Source: Eledone cirrhosa (lineage: Eukaryota). From it: a DNA stretch of 64,000 bases. Below the pieces are notes generated by a model that was not told the origin of the DNA, did no database searches, and saw nothing but the letters and a program-made list of their open reading frames with translations. The position numbers and the translations under genes were made by a program. Positions within the stretch are counted from its first letter, which is position 1. Every line of letters begins with the position of its first letter. The stretch lies in contig OZ024740.1 of NCBI GenBank assembly GCA_964016885.1, positions 391,654,001 to 391,718,000 on the forward strand. The letters are read 5' to 3'. This document shows, one piece after another, positions 62,941-64,000 of the stretch.

Positions 62941-63088
62941 ATTATTTAACGATCGTTTCTAGGATATATATGTGTTAGAATTGGCATGCATATTCAACAG
63001 ATCTATGTACAAAATTATACAAAATTATACAAACTATCAAGATTAAATATACATACCAACACATATATACGCCGTCTTCAGAAATAAT
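62941..63088 (-). ncRNA. Type I hammerhead with ~115-nt stem II, in the inverted pLTR upstream of the PLE RT
   Basis: ATTATTT-CTGAAGA-[tatatatgtgtt...aacacatatata]-GAAA-CGATCG-TT-AAATAAT. Confidence 0.8.
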
Positions 63089-63134
63089 GAAATATATTTA
63101 TTGATAATAACAACAATTCAAAATTTCAGGTCCG

Positions 63135-64000
63135 AAGGATCATAAATCAAACTTTAACTCAAATCCTTCTATTAGACTTATATGTCCCTCCAAATCAGAT
63201 ATTGGAATAATTAGCAACAAAATTTTGGATAGAGTCATCCCACAAATAAGAAAACACGTTATTTTACCACTCTGGGAAAACACCTCCCAGGTAATTAACT
63301 GGTTTAAAAATATTAGATGTAAATCTTCCTCTTCATTTCTACAATTTGATATAGATAATTACTATTCTTCTATATCACCTATACTCCTGAACAAAGCATT
63401 GATATTTGCTAAAAATAGATCTAACTTAACTTTGGATGACATTAATATTATTACACATGCTAGACTAACACTTATTGAATTTCAGAATGAATACTGGACC
63501 AGAAACACATATAGTAATCTATTTGATATTACTATGGGTTCAAGCGATTTCGCCCAAATTACTGATCTTGTGGGCCTCTTTCTCCTTTTCAACATAAATG
63601 CCTCCTTTCCCCACCTCAAAGGTGGTTTATATCGTGATGACTGTCTTCTTCTTTCTAACAACCTTAGCCTTTCAGAAATTGAAAAAAACAAAAAACATAT
63701 TAGAACTTTCCTTAAAGACTATTATAATCTTCATATTACTTTTGAAAAAACAAGTAAAGTAGTAAATTTCCTAGATATAACTTTAGATTTAGCTACGGGT
63801 ATCTACCAACCTTACCATAAACCAAACCAAAACTTACATTACATACACTCACAATCTAATCACCCTAAATCTATCCTTAAAAACCTTGCATATAATATAT
63901 CACTTAGAATTTCTAACCTTTCTTCTAACCAAGATGTATTGGATAAAAATGCGACCTTCTATAACGAAGCTCTAGATAGAAGTGGCCACAAAAATAGATT
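63135..64000 (+). CDS. Penelope-like (Naiad-type) reverse transcriptase, 5'-truncated, open to the window end
   Basis: Hand translation without stops: KDHKSNF..RLICPSKSDIG..LQFDIDNYYSSIS..FDITMGS..GGLYRDD..VNFLDITLDL..SNHP..RISNLSS. Confidence 0.9.

Overview
AT-rich, microsatellite-dense eukaryotic DNA, almost entirely retroelement-derived. I infer an Octopus-like cephalopod from the tRNA-derived SINE and the repeat landscape. No host protein-coding gene can be supported. Contents: (1) a young non-autonomous LTR element with 368-bp LTRs, a tRNA-Trp PBS and a GAGA TSD; (2) several Tx1/L1-clade APE-RT LINEs, with lineages sitting in either (AAT)n or (TA)/(GATA)n tracts; (3) R4/Dong RLE-type LINEs in the same (AAT)n tracts in the opposite orientation, giving a 17-kb LINE train; (4) Penelope-like (Naiad-type) GIY-YIG and RT fragments; (5) mariner and hATm relics and SINEs. 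The most notable hidden layer is about 15 type I hammerhead ribozyme motifs from at least 7 families, all near (TA)n or (CA)n tracts. They include a 525-nt retrozyme-like unit with covarying stems and a 5' end at the predicted cleavage site, a family with a fixed CAGANGA (U4A) core, and near-perfect hammerhead-bearing palindromes. All alignments and folds were done by eye.
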